20,000 nt of DNA. Origin: an uncultured virus (IMG/VR IMGVR_UViG_3300027747_004323). Its lineage: Duplodnaviria > Heunggongvirae > Uroviricota > Caudoviricetes. This document shows, one piece after another, positions 5,962 through 14,526 of the stretch. How positions within the stretch are numbered: the first letter of the stretch is position 1; the number at the start of each line of letters is the position of its first letter. The notes beneath the pieces are model-generated. The model worked only from the letters and a program-made list of their open reading frames with translations, was not told the origin of the DNA and did no database searches. The DNA lies in IMG/VR virus record IMGVR_UViG_3300027747_004323, one strand, 5' to 3'. A program made the translations under genes and the position numbers.

Positions 5962-8079
5962 TCACTTAACGATTCCCGCCAAGCGTGCCCAGCGGTCTGC
6001 CTCGAAGCCCTCGTTGAGGGTGTTGGTGGCGGATGCCGGACGTGCCGGACGCGAGGAAGAGCCGATGACACCGCGCTCGGCCGACTCGGTCAGCTTGCGG
6101 CTGTCAGAACCCTGGAGGGTCCGGACCAGGCTCTCGTACACGAGCTTCACTTCACGCTCGTTGCGCGCCTCGTCGAGACGCTCGATGACCTCGGCCTTCT
6201 GGCGCTTGGTCAAGGACTCGTTCTGGAGGAGCTTGTTCGTGAAGAGTAGCTTCGCGTTGAACAGATTCGTCTCTGCCAACTTGGTGCGGAGATTGTTGGT
6301 CTCTGCCGCGGACCTTGGGGACGCACCATTCAGGGTGCTTCCTCTGCGGGCTGACTCGGAGAGCATGCCCTTGATCTTGTTCGAGCGGCGCACAGACTCG
6401 TTGAAGCGAGTCGCGAAGTAGTTGTATGCTTCCTGCATCTTCTTGCCCTGCTGCTTCTTCTGCTGGGCTTCCTTCTGCTTCTTCTGTGCTTCCTGCTTCT
6501 TGCCCTGCTGCTTCTTCTGCTGGGCTTCCTTCTGCATCTTCTGTGCTTCCTGCTGCTTCTTCTGAGCCTGCTTCTTCGCAGACTGAGCCTTCTGCTTCGC
6601 CTCAAGCTGGATGCGTGCCTCAGCGCGGAGTCTCCTGCGGAGAGATTCTACCGTCGCACCGGCCTGACGCGACTGCTTCTGAGTCTGCGCCTCGTCGCGG
6701 ACGCCGCCGTATTCCTTGGTGTCTTCGGCCTGATCGAGCTCGTCCATTTCGGCCTCGTCCGTCATCGCCTGGTCGAGTTCGTACATGCCCTCCTTCTCGA
6801 GAGAGCCCTCACCGTCGGAAGCGGAGTCCTGATCGAGCTCATCCATCATCGCCTGATCGAGCTCGTCCATTTCGGCCTCGTCCATCATCGCCTGGTCGAG
6901 TTCGTCCATTTCGGCCTCGTCCATGTCTGCTTCGCTCTTCTTCGAATCGTCCTGCGATTCGCGGAGGTCGATGTCGACGAAGGGATCACCCAAGTCGTCG
7001 TCCTCGAACTCGTCCGAAACAGAGCCTGCGCCGTGGCCCCAGCTCTGCACGTCTTCCTTGGCCTCACGAAGGGCCTTCATTCTCGATATCTCTCGACGAA
7101 GCATGCCCTCATCGATCTCGACGATCACATCGTCTCTAAGTCTACGTGATTCCATTTTCTCCTCCGAGCCTTTCTCTTCTTCTTCAGATTCTTCACCTTC
7201 GTCATCGAGGTCGAGATCAAGCTCTTCCTCGTCACCACCCTCAGATTCATCGGATTCTTCGCCTTCGCCTTCGTCTCCGAGATCGAGATCTTCCTCATCG
7301 CCCTCTTCCTCATCGCCGCCACCTTCGTCGCCGCCTGTGATGAGGTCGACGCCGATAGAATCGAGGTCGACTTCGTCGGGCATTCCAGTAAGCTTCAGTG
7401 TGATGTCTGCTTCAGAAAGCGTACGTGTTCTCTTGTTCATCTTCTGCTCCGTGAGCTGATTGAGGGTTTTGTGATATGTTTCAAGTAACGACAGATAAGA
7501 CTTTGACTTCGCGGAACCCTTCAGTTCACGCTGCAAGTAGGAATACGTATCTTCCACTTCAGAAATGAGAGAAGAAACGGTGTCTGTGAATCCCTTTGAC
7601 TCCTTCACGATCTTGCTCGCCGAGGAGACGAGCTTGACCTGATGACCGAGCTTCTTCAGCTTGTTCTCGAGGACCTTCGTAGAATTTACTCCGGACTTCA
7701 TCAGGAGACCCAGCGCCTTTGCCGACTCCATGCTTAGCTCGTACTCTTCGGATCCCGGGACCTTGAGTGCTGAGAGGTCGAGAGTGACCTTGCCCTCCTC
7801 GTCAGGCATCGAGATCGCGTCGGCCGAGGCGTCAGCTCCTCCGACCATCGTCACGGGATCCATGGGAAGTTCCTCTTCGGACGTCTCGAGCTCCTCAGGA
7901 AACTCATCCATGAGCAGCTTGTCTTCGTCGGATTCGGCTTCTCCTAAAAGCTGTGTCTCGATCAGGCCCTTGATGCGAGGCGTGAGAGCCTCAAGGAGAG
8001 CACGCTTCGCATTGTCTTCAGCGACTTCCTTGAGTTTCTTCACGTCAGCTAGAGCTTCTTCATACAGTTGCTTTGTCAT
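5962..8079 (-). CDS. Prohead core / scaffolding protein (gp22-like), 705 aa
   Basis: Immediately upstream of the capsid gene; acidic, coiled-coil, low-complexity; many LxE sites (LSE, LRE, LTE, LNE); C-terminal region LAETNLFNAKLLFTNKLL...EVKLVYESL...RWARLAGI. Confidence 0.8.
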   Translation of the reverse strand: MTKQLYEEALADVKKLKEVAEDNAKRALLEALTPRIKGLIETQLLGEAESDEDKLLMDEFPEELETSEEELPMDPVTMVGGADASADAISMPDEEGKVTLDLSALKVPGSEEYELSMESAKALGLLMKSGVNSTKVLENKLKKLGHQVKLVSSASKIVKESKGFTDTVSSLISEVEDTYSYLQRELKGSAKSKSYLSLLETYHKTLNQLTEQKMNKRTRTLSEADITLKLTGMPDEVDLDSIGVDLITGGDEGGGDEEEGDEEDLDLGDEGEGEESDESEGGDEEELDLDLDDEGEESEEEEKGSEEKMESRRLRDDVIVEIDEGMLRREISRMKALREAKEDVQSWGHGAGSVSDEFEDDDLGDPFVDIDLRESQDDSKKSEADMDEAEMDELDQAMMDEAEMDELDQAMMDELDQDSASDGEGSLEKEGMYELDQAMTDEAEMDELDQAEDTKEYGGVRDEAQTQKQSRQAGATVESLRRRLRAEARIQLEAKQKAQSAKKQAQKKQQEAQKMQKEAQQKKQQGKKQEAQKKQKEAQQKKQQGKKMQEAYNYFATRFNESVRRSNKIKGMLSESARRGSTLNGASPRSAAETNNLRTKLAETNLFNAKLLFTNKLLQNESLTKRQKAEVIERLDEARNEREVKLVYESLVRTLQGSDSRKLTESAERGVIGSSSRPARPASATNTLNEGFEADRWARLAGIVK
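6439..6552 (-). repeat. Two 57-bp tandem repeats encoding QEAQK(M/K)QKEAQQKKQQGKK
   Basis: cttcttgccctgctgcttcttctgctgggcttccttctgc begins at both 6439 and 6496 (period 57 bp). Confidence 0.9.
6729..6925 (-). repeat. Coding repeats of (M)DEAEMDELDQA(M) in the scaffold
   Basis: ELDQ occurs five times, three of them preceded by DEAEMD; DNA repeats of the form cctg(a/g)tcgag(c/t)tcgtccatttcggcctcgtcc. Confidence 0.9.
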
Positions 8080-8107
8080 GTCTGTTCTTTCTGAGGTCTA
8101 TTAGTGC

Positions 8108-8114
8108 TAAGTAT
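8108..8114 (-). promoter_or_regulatory. Putative late promoter ATACTTA upstream of scaffold and capsid genes
   Basis: ATAnTTA in the 38-bp AT-rich intergenic gap. Confidence 0.6.
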
Positions 8115-8117
8115 GAC

Positions 8118-8681
8118 TCAGACGGACGATTTACCCATCTTCAGCGGCGTGCCTAGTGTACCGAGACGCACACTTCCGATATCGCCGCTTGTAGCGCTGG
8201 GCGACGTCGTTCCCGTATTCGGTGCTCCGGGTACGTAAGCTGCTCCCTTGACATCAGCGACGGTGATGCCCGCGGGCTCGATTTCCTTCTGAACTCCTTC
8301 TGTCTTACCAGGGCCGGGAGACGAAAGATCAGGTGTATAGGGATTAGCAGGTCCGCCACGTCCGCCAGCAGATGCCCATGACACTTCCGCAAGATTGGGT
8401 GCTCCTCCGAACTTAAGGTCTACGCCTTCTGGGAACATTCCTGCATCGCCTGCCTGATTGGCTTCGGAAGGAAGTAGACCACCCACACCAGCTGTGACCT
8501 TATCTGTCGCACGTTTCACAGCTTCTTTCGCAGCTTCGATGTTGTTTGTCTGGTCTGGTGTGCCATAGAAGACGCCTGCTCCGTTGTCGGCGCGGGAATT
8601 GAAGAGATTCCTGAGCAGCGTGTTGCGGGAACTCGCCACGGGAACGTATGTTGTGTATCTACCTGTACCTGGTCCGGCCAT
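8118..8681 (-). CDS. Gly/Pro-rich hypothetical protein (187 aa), probable head component
   Basis: SD AAGGAG upstream; located within the head module; no recognised domain. Confidence 0.75.
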   Translation of the reverse strand: MAGPGTGRYTTYVPVASSRNTLLRNLFNSRADNGAGVFYGTPDQTNNIEAAKEAVKRATDKVTAGVGGLLPSEANQAGDAGMFPEGVDLKFGGAPNLAEVSWASAGGRGGPANPYTPDLSSPGPGKTEGVQKEIEPAGITVADVKGAAYVPGAPNTGTTSPSATSGDIGSVRLGTLGTPLKMGKSSV

Positions 8682-8701
8682 GACAATCTCCTTTGACTAA
8701 A

Positions 8702-8947
8702 TCAAATCCTGCTCGCGAGGCGACGGCGTGTCTCAGTGATCTTGACGAGGCGACGACGAAGTCTTGCCTCTTCAATCTTGAGGGCCTTCATGAAGTCGAT
8801 GGTCTTCTCCTTCGACTTGTCGGTACCGAATTCGTCTGCATCGACTTCCTCGGTGTCCTTGGCGCGCTTCTCGGTCGACTCCATGTCACCGAACTTCGCG
8901 ACTTCCTCTTCAATGATCCTTCTGAGCAATCTGTTTGTGAGCTTCAT
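8702..8947 (-). CDS. Small protein (81 aa) with shared N-terminal peptide
   Basis: MKLTNRLLRRIIEEEV; SD GAGGT; basic coiled-coil-like C-terminus. Confidence 0.8.
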   Translation of the reverse strand: MKLTNRLLRRIIEEEVAKFGDMESTEKRAKDTEEVDADEFGTDKSKEKTIDFMKALKIEEARLRRRLVKITETRRRLASRI

Positions 8948-8975
8948 CGATAACCTCGCTATGGTCTGCTAGCCG

Positions 8976-8982
8976 TAAATAT
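8976..8982 (-). promoter_or_regulatory. Putative late promoter ATATTTA
   Basis: ATAnTTA in the intergenic gap upstream of the ATG at 8947. Confidence 0.6.
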
Positions 8983-9000
8983 ACGATCGTGGCAAATTGT

Positions 9001-9432
9001 TCATTTCTTTGTGGGTGATTCCATGAAGGCGAGGCTCGCCCATTTGGATGCCGCCTCTTCGCCGAACAGATCCTCAGGATCCACGTTGGCGACGAGTTGC
9101 TCTGCCACGCCTCCCGGAGTCGGAGGAGCTCCACGGCCCTCGTTCTGCAGCATCTTGGGCAGTGTGGCAGATGCCGTGTCTGCGAGGATGGACTCCATCA
9201 GCTTGTTGCCGCCGGCCTCGCGCTTCACCGCCTCACGAAGCTGTGGAGTGGCAGATCTCGGTTGCTGAACCGGTTGCGCAGGTGACCTCCTGACATTGTC
9301 TGTAAATAGAGGCCGTGTAACAGGTAGGGCGGGTTTAGAAGATATTTGCGTGGAACCGCCGAGTCCCTCGTTGAGGATCTCGAGAAGACATTCCTTCACG
9401 AGCATCTTCATGTCGGATCGAGTCATCTTCAT
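9001..9432 (-). CDS. Hypothetical protein (143 aa) with a variant of the shared N-terminal peptide
   Basis: MKMTRSDMKMLVKECLLEILNEG; starts 1 nt after the upstream stop codon. Confidence 0.8.
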   Translation of the reverse strand: MKMTRSDMKMLVKECLLEILNEGLGGSTQISSKPALPVTRPLFTDNVRRSPAQPVQQPRSATPQLREAVKREAGGNKLMESILADTASATLPKMLQNEGRGAPPTPGGVAEQLVANVDPEDLFGEEAASKWASLAFMESPTKK

Positions 9433-9433
9433 G

Positions 9434-9844
9434 TCAGCCTACCCCCGACCATCCCGGAGAACCATCGGGAAGCGATCCCGAGAGGATCGGCATCTCGCGA
9501 GACGCGATGGTCGTCAATCCCGCATAGATGCTGAAGTCGATCGTGTTGCTCGTGTCTGCCCTGAGATAGAGTTCTTTCACCCTGCAGTCCAGCGTGACCG
9601 AAGTGCTTCCGCTGAGGATGAAGTACTGCTTACCGTTCACACCATTCACGCCGTTGAGAGTGAATCCGATCCTGAGGGTCTTTCCGGCAGACAAGTTGCT
9701 GATCGTGATACACTTCGTCACTCTCGGAAAGTCGTATTCGATTACGCTCGTGCCGCTCGTAGCTGCAGTCAAGACCCACGGAAGCGGAGATGCCTGGAAC
9801 TCATTTACGCTGAGTATTCCCGATGTCGGATTGTTGAGTGCCAT
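9434..9844 (-). CDS. Beta-rich hypothetical protein (136 aa), possible capsid decoration protein
   Basis: Ser/Thr/Gly-rich with alternating hydrophobic strands; directly follows the protease gene. Confidence 0.7.
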   Translation of the reverse strand: MALNNPTSGILSVNEFQASPLPWVLTAATSGTSVIEYDFPRVTKCITISNLSAGKTLRIGFTLNGVNGVNGKQYFILSGSTSVTLDCRVKELYLRADTSNTIDFSIYAGLTTIASREMPILSGSLPDGSPGWSGVG

Positions 9845-9853
9845 TGTCTTGTC

Positions 9854-10465
9854 TCACTTCCTTGACGACAAAATGTCGTTTATGATGCGGTCTATTCTAT
9901 CGCTCTTGTTGAAGACTTGTCTCAATTCGTTTGAGTTTATCGTCTTTCCTTCGGGCAACATGAATGCACCGGGCGTGGAAGGCTCCGAGACGTAGTCCCA
10001 GCAGATGAGCTGGAAGTCGTCCTGGACGACGTGATAGTCGCCCTGCTTCTTCGTCGAGCCCACGCCACGTGAAGAGATTCCAAGCTTCACTCCGCTCTCC
10101 ACGAGGGACTGAAGGATCTTTCCGCTGGGGGTGTCGAGCAGCTCGACGGAGCCGTACACTACACCCTTCTCGAGGTATGCCTCCTTGATGACGTGGGAGA
10201 CGTTCTTGAGATTGACGACGGAGGAGTCTGGGTGGTCCAGTTCCCCGAGGGCACGATTCTCTGCGATGAACTTCTGATAGTTCCTCACCTCACGCTCGAG
10301 GACGGAGAGCGGATAGATGCGACCGTTCTGATTGAGGGTGTCGGCCTTCTGGAGTATTCCTCTCATCACGACCTTGCCGCCGTTCTTCTCCCTAGACTCC
10401 TTGATCATGTCAGGAGTGTAGTCGAAGACTTCGTAAGAGTTTAGTAGTCTGAGATCTTGTGCCAT
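9854..10465 (-). CDS. gp21: Prohead core protease, T4 gp21-like
   Basis: GILQKADTLNQNGRIYP, ALGELDHP, GISSRGVGS, WDYVSEPSTPGAF motifs. Confidence 0.96.
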   Translation of the reverse strand: MAQDLRLLNSYEVFDYTPDMIKESREKNGGKVVMRGILQKADTLNQNGRIYPLSVLEREVRNYQKFIAENRALGELDHPDSSVVNLKNVSHVIKEAYLEKGVVYGSVELLDTPSGKILQSLVESGVKLGISSRGVGSTKKQGDYHVVQDDFQLICWDYVSEPSTPGAFMLPEGKTINSNELRQVFNKSDRIDRIINDILSSRK

Positions 10466-10469
10466 TGTT

Positions 10470-11330
10470 TCACTCCTTCGATTCCAGTTCGTCCTTGAGG
10501 CGTGAGTAAAGCATGAACCTCGTGACCGTAGAATCGTCCACGGAGTCGAGCCTCTCCTCGAGGAGAGTCTGCTTTGTCTCTGTCAGCTTGTTCTTGAGAT
10601 AGTCATTGGGAGACGACATCGACGCTTTGTACTCTTCGATGAGTGTGAGGAGGTCGCCTTTCACTTCTTCGAGCTTCATGCGTATCGACGTCATGTCGTC
10701 CGACGCCGTGGAATATGCGTACGCCTTGACGAGAGACTTCTGCTGGTCGTTGAGGACGCCCTCGTACTTCTCGTTGAGCTTCTTGGTCATCACCTTCATC
10801 AACAGACGAGCAGATCCGGAAGTGTCTTCGGAGATCGTCTCGTCTTCAGCGTCAGTCCTCTCGGTGACGAGATGCTTCATGAGACTGTCCTCGAACTGTG
10901 CCACCTTGTGGAGGTTCTTGTCGTTGGACCGCCACTCGTTGATGAGCGTCTGTATCGTGGCGAACGTCCTGTATTCCTTGACCTGCTGGTCGTAGAAATT
11001 CTCGTCGTTGATGACGTGATTGATGTTGCGAATGAGGATCGACTTCTCTCGATCGAGCTTCTTCACATCGAACGTCGCAGAAGCACTCTTCGCTTCCTTG
11101 AGTATCGAGGCCGCCACGTGGTCTGACGAGACGGTCGTCTTCGCGAGCGCATTCATGAGCCTGAACTCCTTGTAGAGCTCCGTTCCGAGCTTGAAATGTC
11201 TCCGAAGGATCTTTAGTGCGGCGGCCGACTTCTTCTTGTCATCCTCGATGAGAGACCTCGAGATCGTCCTCACGAGGAACTCATAGATGAGAAGGCTGTT
11301 TCTCTTCTTGTTGTGGCTCTTTGCAGTCAT
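10470..11330 (-). CDS. Helical hypothetical protein (286 aa) between portal and protease
   Basis: HNKKRNSLLIYEFLVR N-terminus; ATGA overlap with the portal stop; occupies the position of T4 prohead core genes 67/68 (positional analogy only). Confidence 0.8.
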   Translation of the reverse strand: MTAKSHNKKRNSLLIYEFLVRTISRSLIEDDKKKSAAALKILRRHFKLGTELYKEFRLMNALAKTTVSSDHVAASILKEAKSASATFDVKKLDREKSILIRNINHVINDENFYDQQVKEYRTFATIQTLINEWRSNDKNLHKVAQFEDSLMKHLVTERTDAEDETISEDTSGSARLLMKVMTKKLNEKYEGVLNDQQKSLVKAYAYSTASDDMTSIRMKLEEVKGDLLTLIEEYKASMSSPNDYLKNKLTETKQTLLEERLDSVDDSTVTRFMLYSRLKDELESKE

Positions 11331-14300
11331 GTGTCGTTGCTCCCGTCGTCATCTATTATGAGGACTTCTCTGAACTCTCTTGCGTCTGCTTCGTCTAGTG
11401 GGTCGACGTCCTCGGACAAGACACTCGCTTGTCCTTGAGGCTGTCGCATCGAATTCTGGAACTTGGCGGACATCGTCATGTTCCTCAATGAGGACATCAC
11501 ATCGTTTCCTATCGGCGTCTTGTGGATCGTCTTCGACTCTCCAAAGGGATTGCTCACGTACGAAGACATCCACTCCTTGTCGTACGGATCCGACATGGAC
11601 TTGTTGGTGCTCTTCAGCATCTTGCCGTAGTCAGGCATGTGTGTCTTCGACGCACCGCTGTGTCTTATCCTCGACCTGTTGTAGAGCGCCTTGTCGAGTT
11701 GTGTCTGTGCCTTCACAGGGACTTCGACGTCTCTGAGTGAGAACTTGACAGGAAAATCTTCGTCGTCTGAGGCGTCGTCTCCTGCAGTCATCAGAGAGAG
11801 TTCGGGATCCTTTTGCGAGACGTCGTCGCCGGCGAATAGGTCTCCGCCCTCGCCGCCGCCTTCCTCACCGCCCTCTTCTCCTCCACCCTCGTCTCCACCA
11901 GACTCCTCACCGCCTCCGGCGTCGGCGCCTTCCTCCTCAGGTTTCGCAGCTTCGATCGTGGCATCGACTATCTTCTCCTTGAGACGCTGGTCGTCGATTT
12001 CCTTGCACTGCTCTTCGTTGAGTCCCCAGATCTCCTTGCGGATGAACTCCTTGGACGTCTGACCCTCAGGAGCAGAGCCTGCGATCTCGAACTTCGCACG
12101 CCACAGTTCCAGCTTCTGCTGCTGAGCGACGGTGGACGGATTGGAGAGACGAAGTGTGAAGTTCTGCAAGTCTTCAGAGTCGAAGCCGTTCGCATACAGG
12201 TGGATTATCGCGAGCTTGTTGAGCTCTGCAATCATCGTCTTCTGTATCACGTTGATCGTCCTTGAGAACCTGATGTCTTCTTGGGCGAGAGTCGCCTTGG
12301 AAGACAGGGCCTCGTCGTATCCGAGATAGGCACGAGGGATCTTCAAGGCCGCAAAGAGCTTCTTCTGGATGTATGCCACGTCCTCTACGGCAGCTGCGTT
12401 CTGACCTCCTGCAAGGGTATCGATCTTCGTGCCGCTCTCTCCGCCACGCACGGGGATGAAATAGTCCTCGTCGACAGACAGCGGATTGTAGCGAAGGTCG
12501 ACTCGACCCGTGTTCCTGTCGATGACCTGCGACGAACGGAGGTTCTTGCGCTGCTCCTCGACGTACATCGGGACGTTCTCGGGAGGAATGTTCGCGACGT
12601 CGATGTAGAAGACCCTGCGTTCGGGAGCCCTGACGACGCGGTAGACCAACATCGCGTCCTCGATGAGGATGAGCTGACGCCAGATCCGGCGTGCAGGCTC
12701 GATGACAGAAGAGCCGTACGGCAGGAACATGTCGTTTCCCAGGAGTCGAAAGTGGGACACCTCCCAGTTCTCGAGAGTCCTGTTGCCGAGGGTGACCCAC
12801 CTGAAACGCACCGCCATGGGATCATTGGGGTCGTAGTTCTCTTCTCTCTCGATCTCGTTCACCGGGATCGGAAAGGCGTTGATGACACCGTGTGTGGGGG
12901 ACACATCGTTGTAGAGGAACATGTCTCCGTACTTGACGAGGTTCCTCACCCAAGAACGAAGGTTGAACTCGACGTTGAGGGTGTTGTAGAAGAGGTCCTC
13001 CAAGATCTCCTTGATCTTCTCGTTGTCGGAGTAGATGTGGAGGACCCTTCCCTTCTCGTCCTGAGCGCATGTCTCGTCGGCATAGATGTCCATCGCCGCG
13101 GCGAGCTCAGGTGTGTTGTGTGAGATGACTGTGTCGGTCGCAAAGTTCTTATAGCCATCGACTGTCAAGTCGAAGAGAGGTATGACTCCGTGATACTCGA
13201 TAGAGGAGACCTTTAGATTGTCATACGAGCTAGCGAAGTCTGAGTAATTCTTGTAGCCCCTCTCTCTGACGCGACCGTCTATCACGTGGACAGTGGTGTG
13301 TAAGGAAGCGGCCAATTGTTGATTCGACATGCCCTTAGAAAAATTTGAGCATATTCTATCGAAGGTAATGTTTCTGTCGTATCTCGGATTTTTCTCGCCG
13401 CGATTGTCCCATCCGGCATTGTGCCAGTCCGGATTGTATGCTTTGGCGAAGGTCTGAAAATCTTGGTAACCATGCTTTCTGAGCCTGCGCTTGATAACGT
13501 TGGGATCTGTGTCAAGAACCTCGCACATCCGCCGTGAGTTGAAGTTGGTCCTCTCGGCAACTTCAAGGATCCTACCGAAGGTGATGTCTTTCCTCTCAGC
13601 AGGGTTGTTCTCGGTCATGAACTTGGAATGGTTGGCCTTGAACTTCTCGATCCACGCGGAGTTCTGATCAGACCACTTGACTCCATTGATGATCTCTCTG
13701 TGTAGCTTGAGGTGGGCTTCTTCTGTCATCACCTCGAGATTCTCGGGGCGGTTATCGTGCTTGACGAAGTTCCTGTGGTGCACGACCTCAGCCTCGGCAA
13801 GAGGTGAACCCTTCAACATCTCGCCAATGACCCTGTGTTCAGCAACCCAACCATTCATGCTGGACCGTCTGTCCATCGTATAGATCCAGCGGTAACCGTC
13901 ACCCTCCTCCTTGCAACCACTGAAAAGGTCGCGACGATAGAAGGGCATCATCGCATCACCAGTCTTGAGATCTTCGATCTTACAGAACGTTCCGTCCCTC
14001 TTCATGAGGCGGTGATTGGGAGTTCCGATGATCTGTTGCCCATTATCGAAAGTGACTGTGTACGCATGGTCCACGCGGGTCTGTCGGGCTTGCTTGCCAA
14101 GCGCAGGCAATATCCTCTGTAAATTGTGGTCATACGAATAGACGATGAAAGTGTGATCAGGCTTTCCTTCGCACTCTTTTGCAAGGTCGGATATTGTCCG
14201 ATAGCCTCCAGGAACAGCGATCTTTGTGTCCCCATGCAAGCAATATTCCATCTCCGCGAAGTCCTGGTATCGCATGAGACGCTCGGAGAGGTTGTATGCG

Positions 14301-14482
14301 TTGGCTGTGATCGTGGCATACGTCGGAGCAGAAGACTTCTGGAAGAGTAGGGCACCGCTGCTCTTCGTCTTGTCGGCGACGGCGACCGCGGTGTCGAGCG
14401 TACGAATCTTCCTGCGGACAACAGGGCCGCTTCGGAATAACTTCGTTAACTTCTGAAATAGTGACTTGTCTTCTTTTGCCAT
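11327..14482 (-). CDS. gp20: Portal protein, T4 gp20-like, intein-containing (1051-aa precursor, about 675 aa spliced)
   Basis: EM-Y|TPELAAAMDIYADE across the intein; LIEDAMLVYRVVRAPERRVFYIDVAN, EDYFIPVRGG, TKIDTLAGGQN, DVAYIQKKLFAALKIP, EDIRFSRTI. Confidence 0.96.
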   Translation of the reverse strand: MAKEDKSLFQKLTKLFRSGPVVRRKIRTLDTAVAVADKTKSSGALLFQKSSAPTYATITANAYNLSERLMRYQDFAEMEYCLHGDTKIAVPGGYRTISDLAKECEGKPDHTFIVYSYDHNLQRILPALGKQARQTRVDHAYTVTFDNGQQIIGTPNHRLMKRDGTFCKIEDLKTGDAMMPFYRRDLFSGCKEEGDGYRWIYTMDRRSSMNGWVAEHRVIGEMLKGSPLAEAEVVHHRNFVKHDNRPENLEVMTEEAHLKLHREIINGVKWSDQNSAWIEKFKANHSKFMTENNPAERKDITFGRILEVAERTNFNSRRMCEVLDTDPNVIKRRLRKHGYQDFQTFAKAYNPDWHNAGWDNRGEKNPRYDRNITFDRICSNFSKGMSNQQLAASLHTTVHVIDGRVRERGYKNYSDFASSYDNLKVSSIEYHGVIPLFDLTVDGYKNFATDTVISHNTPELAAAMDIYADETCAQDEKGRVLHIYSDNEKIKEILEDLFYNTLNVEFNLRSWVRNLVKYGDMFLYNDVSPTHGVINAFPIPVNEIEREENYDPNDPMAVRFRWVTLGNRTLENWEVSHFRLLGNDMFLPYGSSVIEPARRIWRQLILIEDAMLVYRVVRAPERRVFYIDVANIPPENVPMYVEEQRKNLRSSQVIDRNTGRVDLRYNPLSVDEDYFIPVRGGESGTKIDTLAGGQNAAAVEDVAYIQKKLFAALKIPRAYLGYDEALSSKATLAQEDIRFSRTINVIQKTMIAELNKLAIIHLYANGFDSEDLQNFTLRLSNPSTVAQQQKLELWRAKFEIAGSAPEGQTSKEFIRKEIWGLNEEQCKEIDDQRLKEKIVDATIEAAKPEEEGADAGGGEESGGDEGGGEEGGEEGGGEGGDLFAGDDVSQKDPELSLMTAGDDASDDEDFPVKFSLRDVEVPVKAQTQLDKALYNRSRIRHSGASKTHMPDYGKMLKSTNKSMSDPYDKEWMSSYVSNPFGESKTIHKTPIGNDVMSSLRNMTMSAKFQNSMRQPQGQASVLSEDVDPLDEADAREFREVLIIDDDGSNDT
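13115..14242 (-). mobile_element. Intein (376 aa) with HNH homing endonuclease
   Basis: Begins CLHGDTKI (block A), GTPNHRLM (block B TxxH), ends LFDLTVDGYKNFATDTVISHN then Thr (+1). Internal EHRV...VVHHRNFVKHDNRPENLEVM is an HNH motif. Confidence 0.95.
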
Positions 14483-14526
14483 GTATTTTGCTGCCTCATT
14501 CTGAGGACAGCCCTTGGAGGCCTACT

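Noticed and set aside
6422..6925. Repeats that could be mistaken for a CRISPR array
   Set aside because: In-frame coding repeats with periods divisible by three and no unique spacers of regular length.
9303..9309. CTATTTA inside the 143-aa gene
   Set aside because: One-mismatch match within coding sequence with no nearby downstream start; probably chance.
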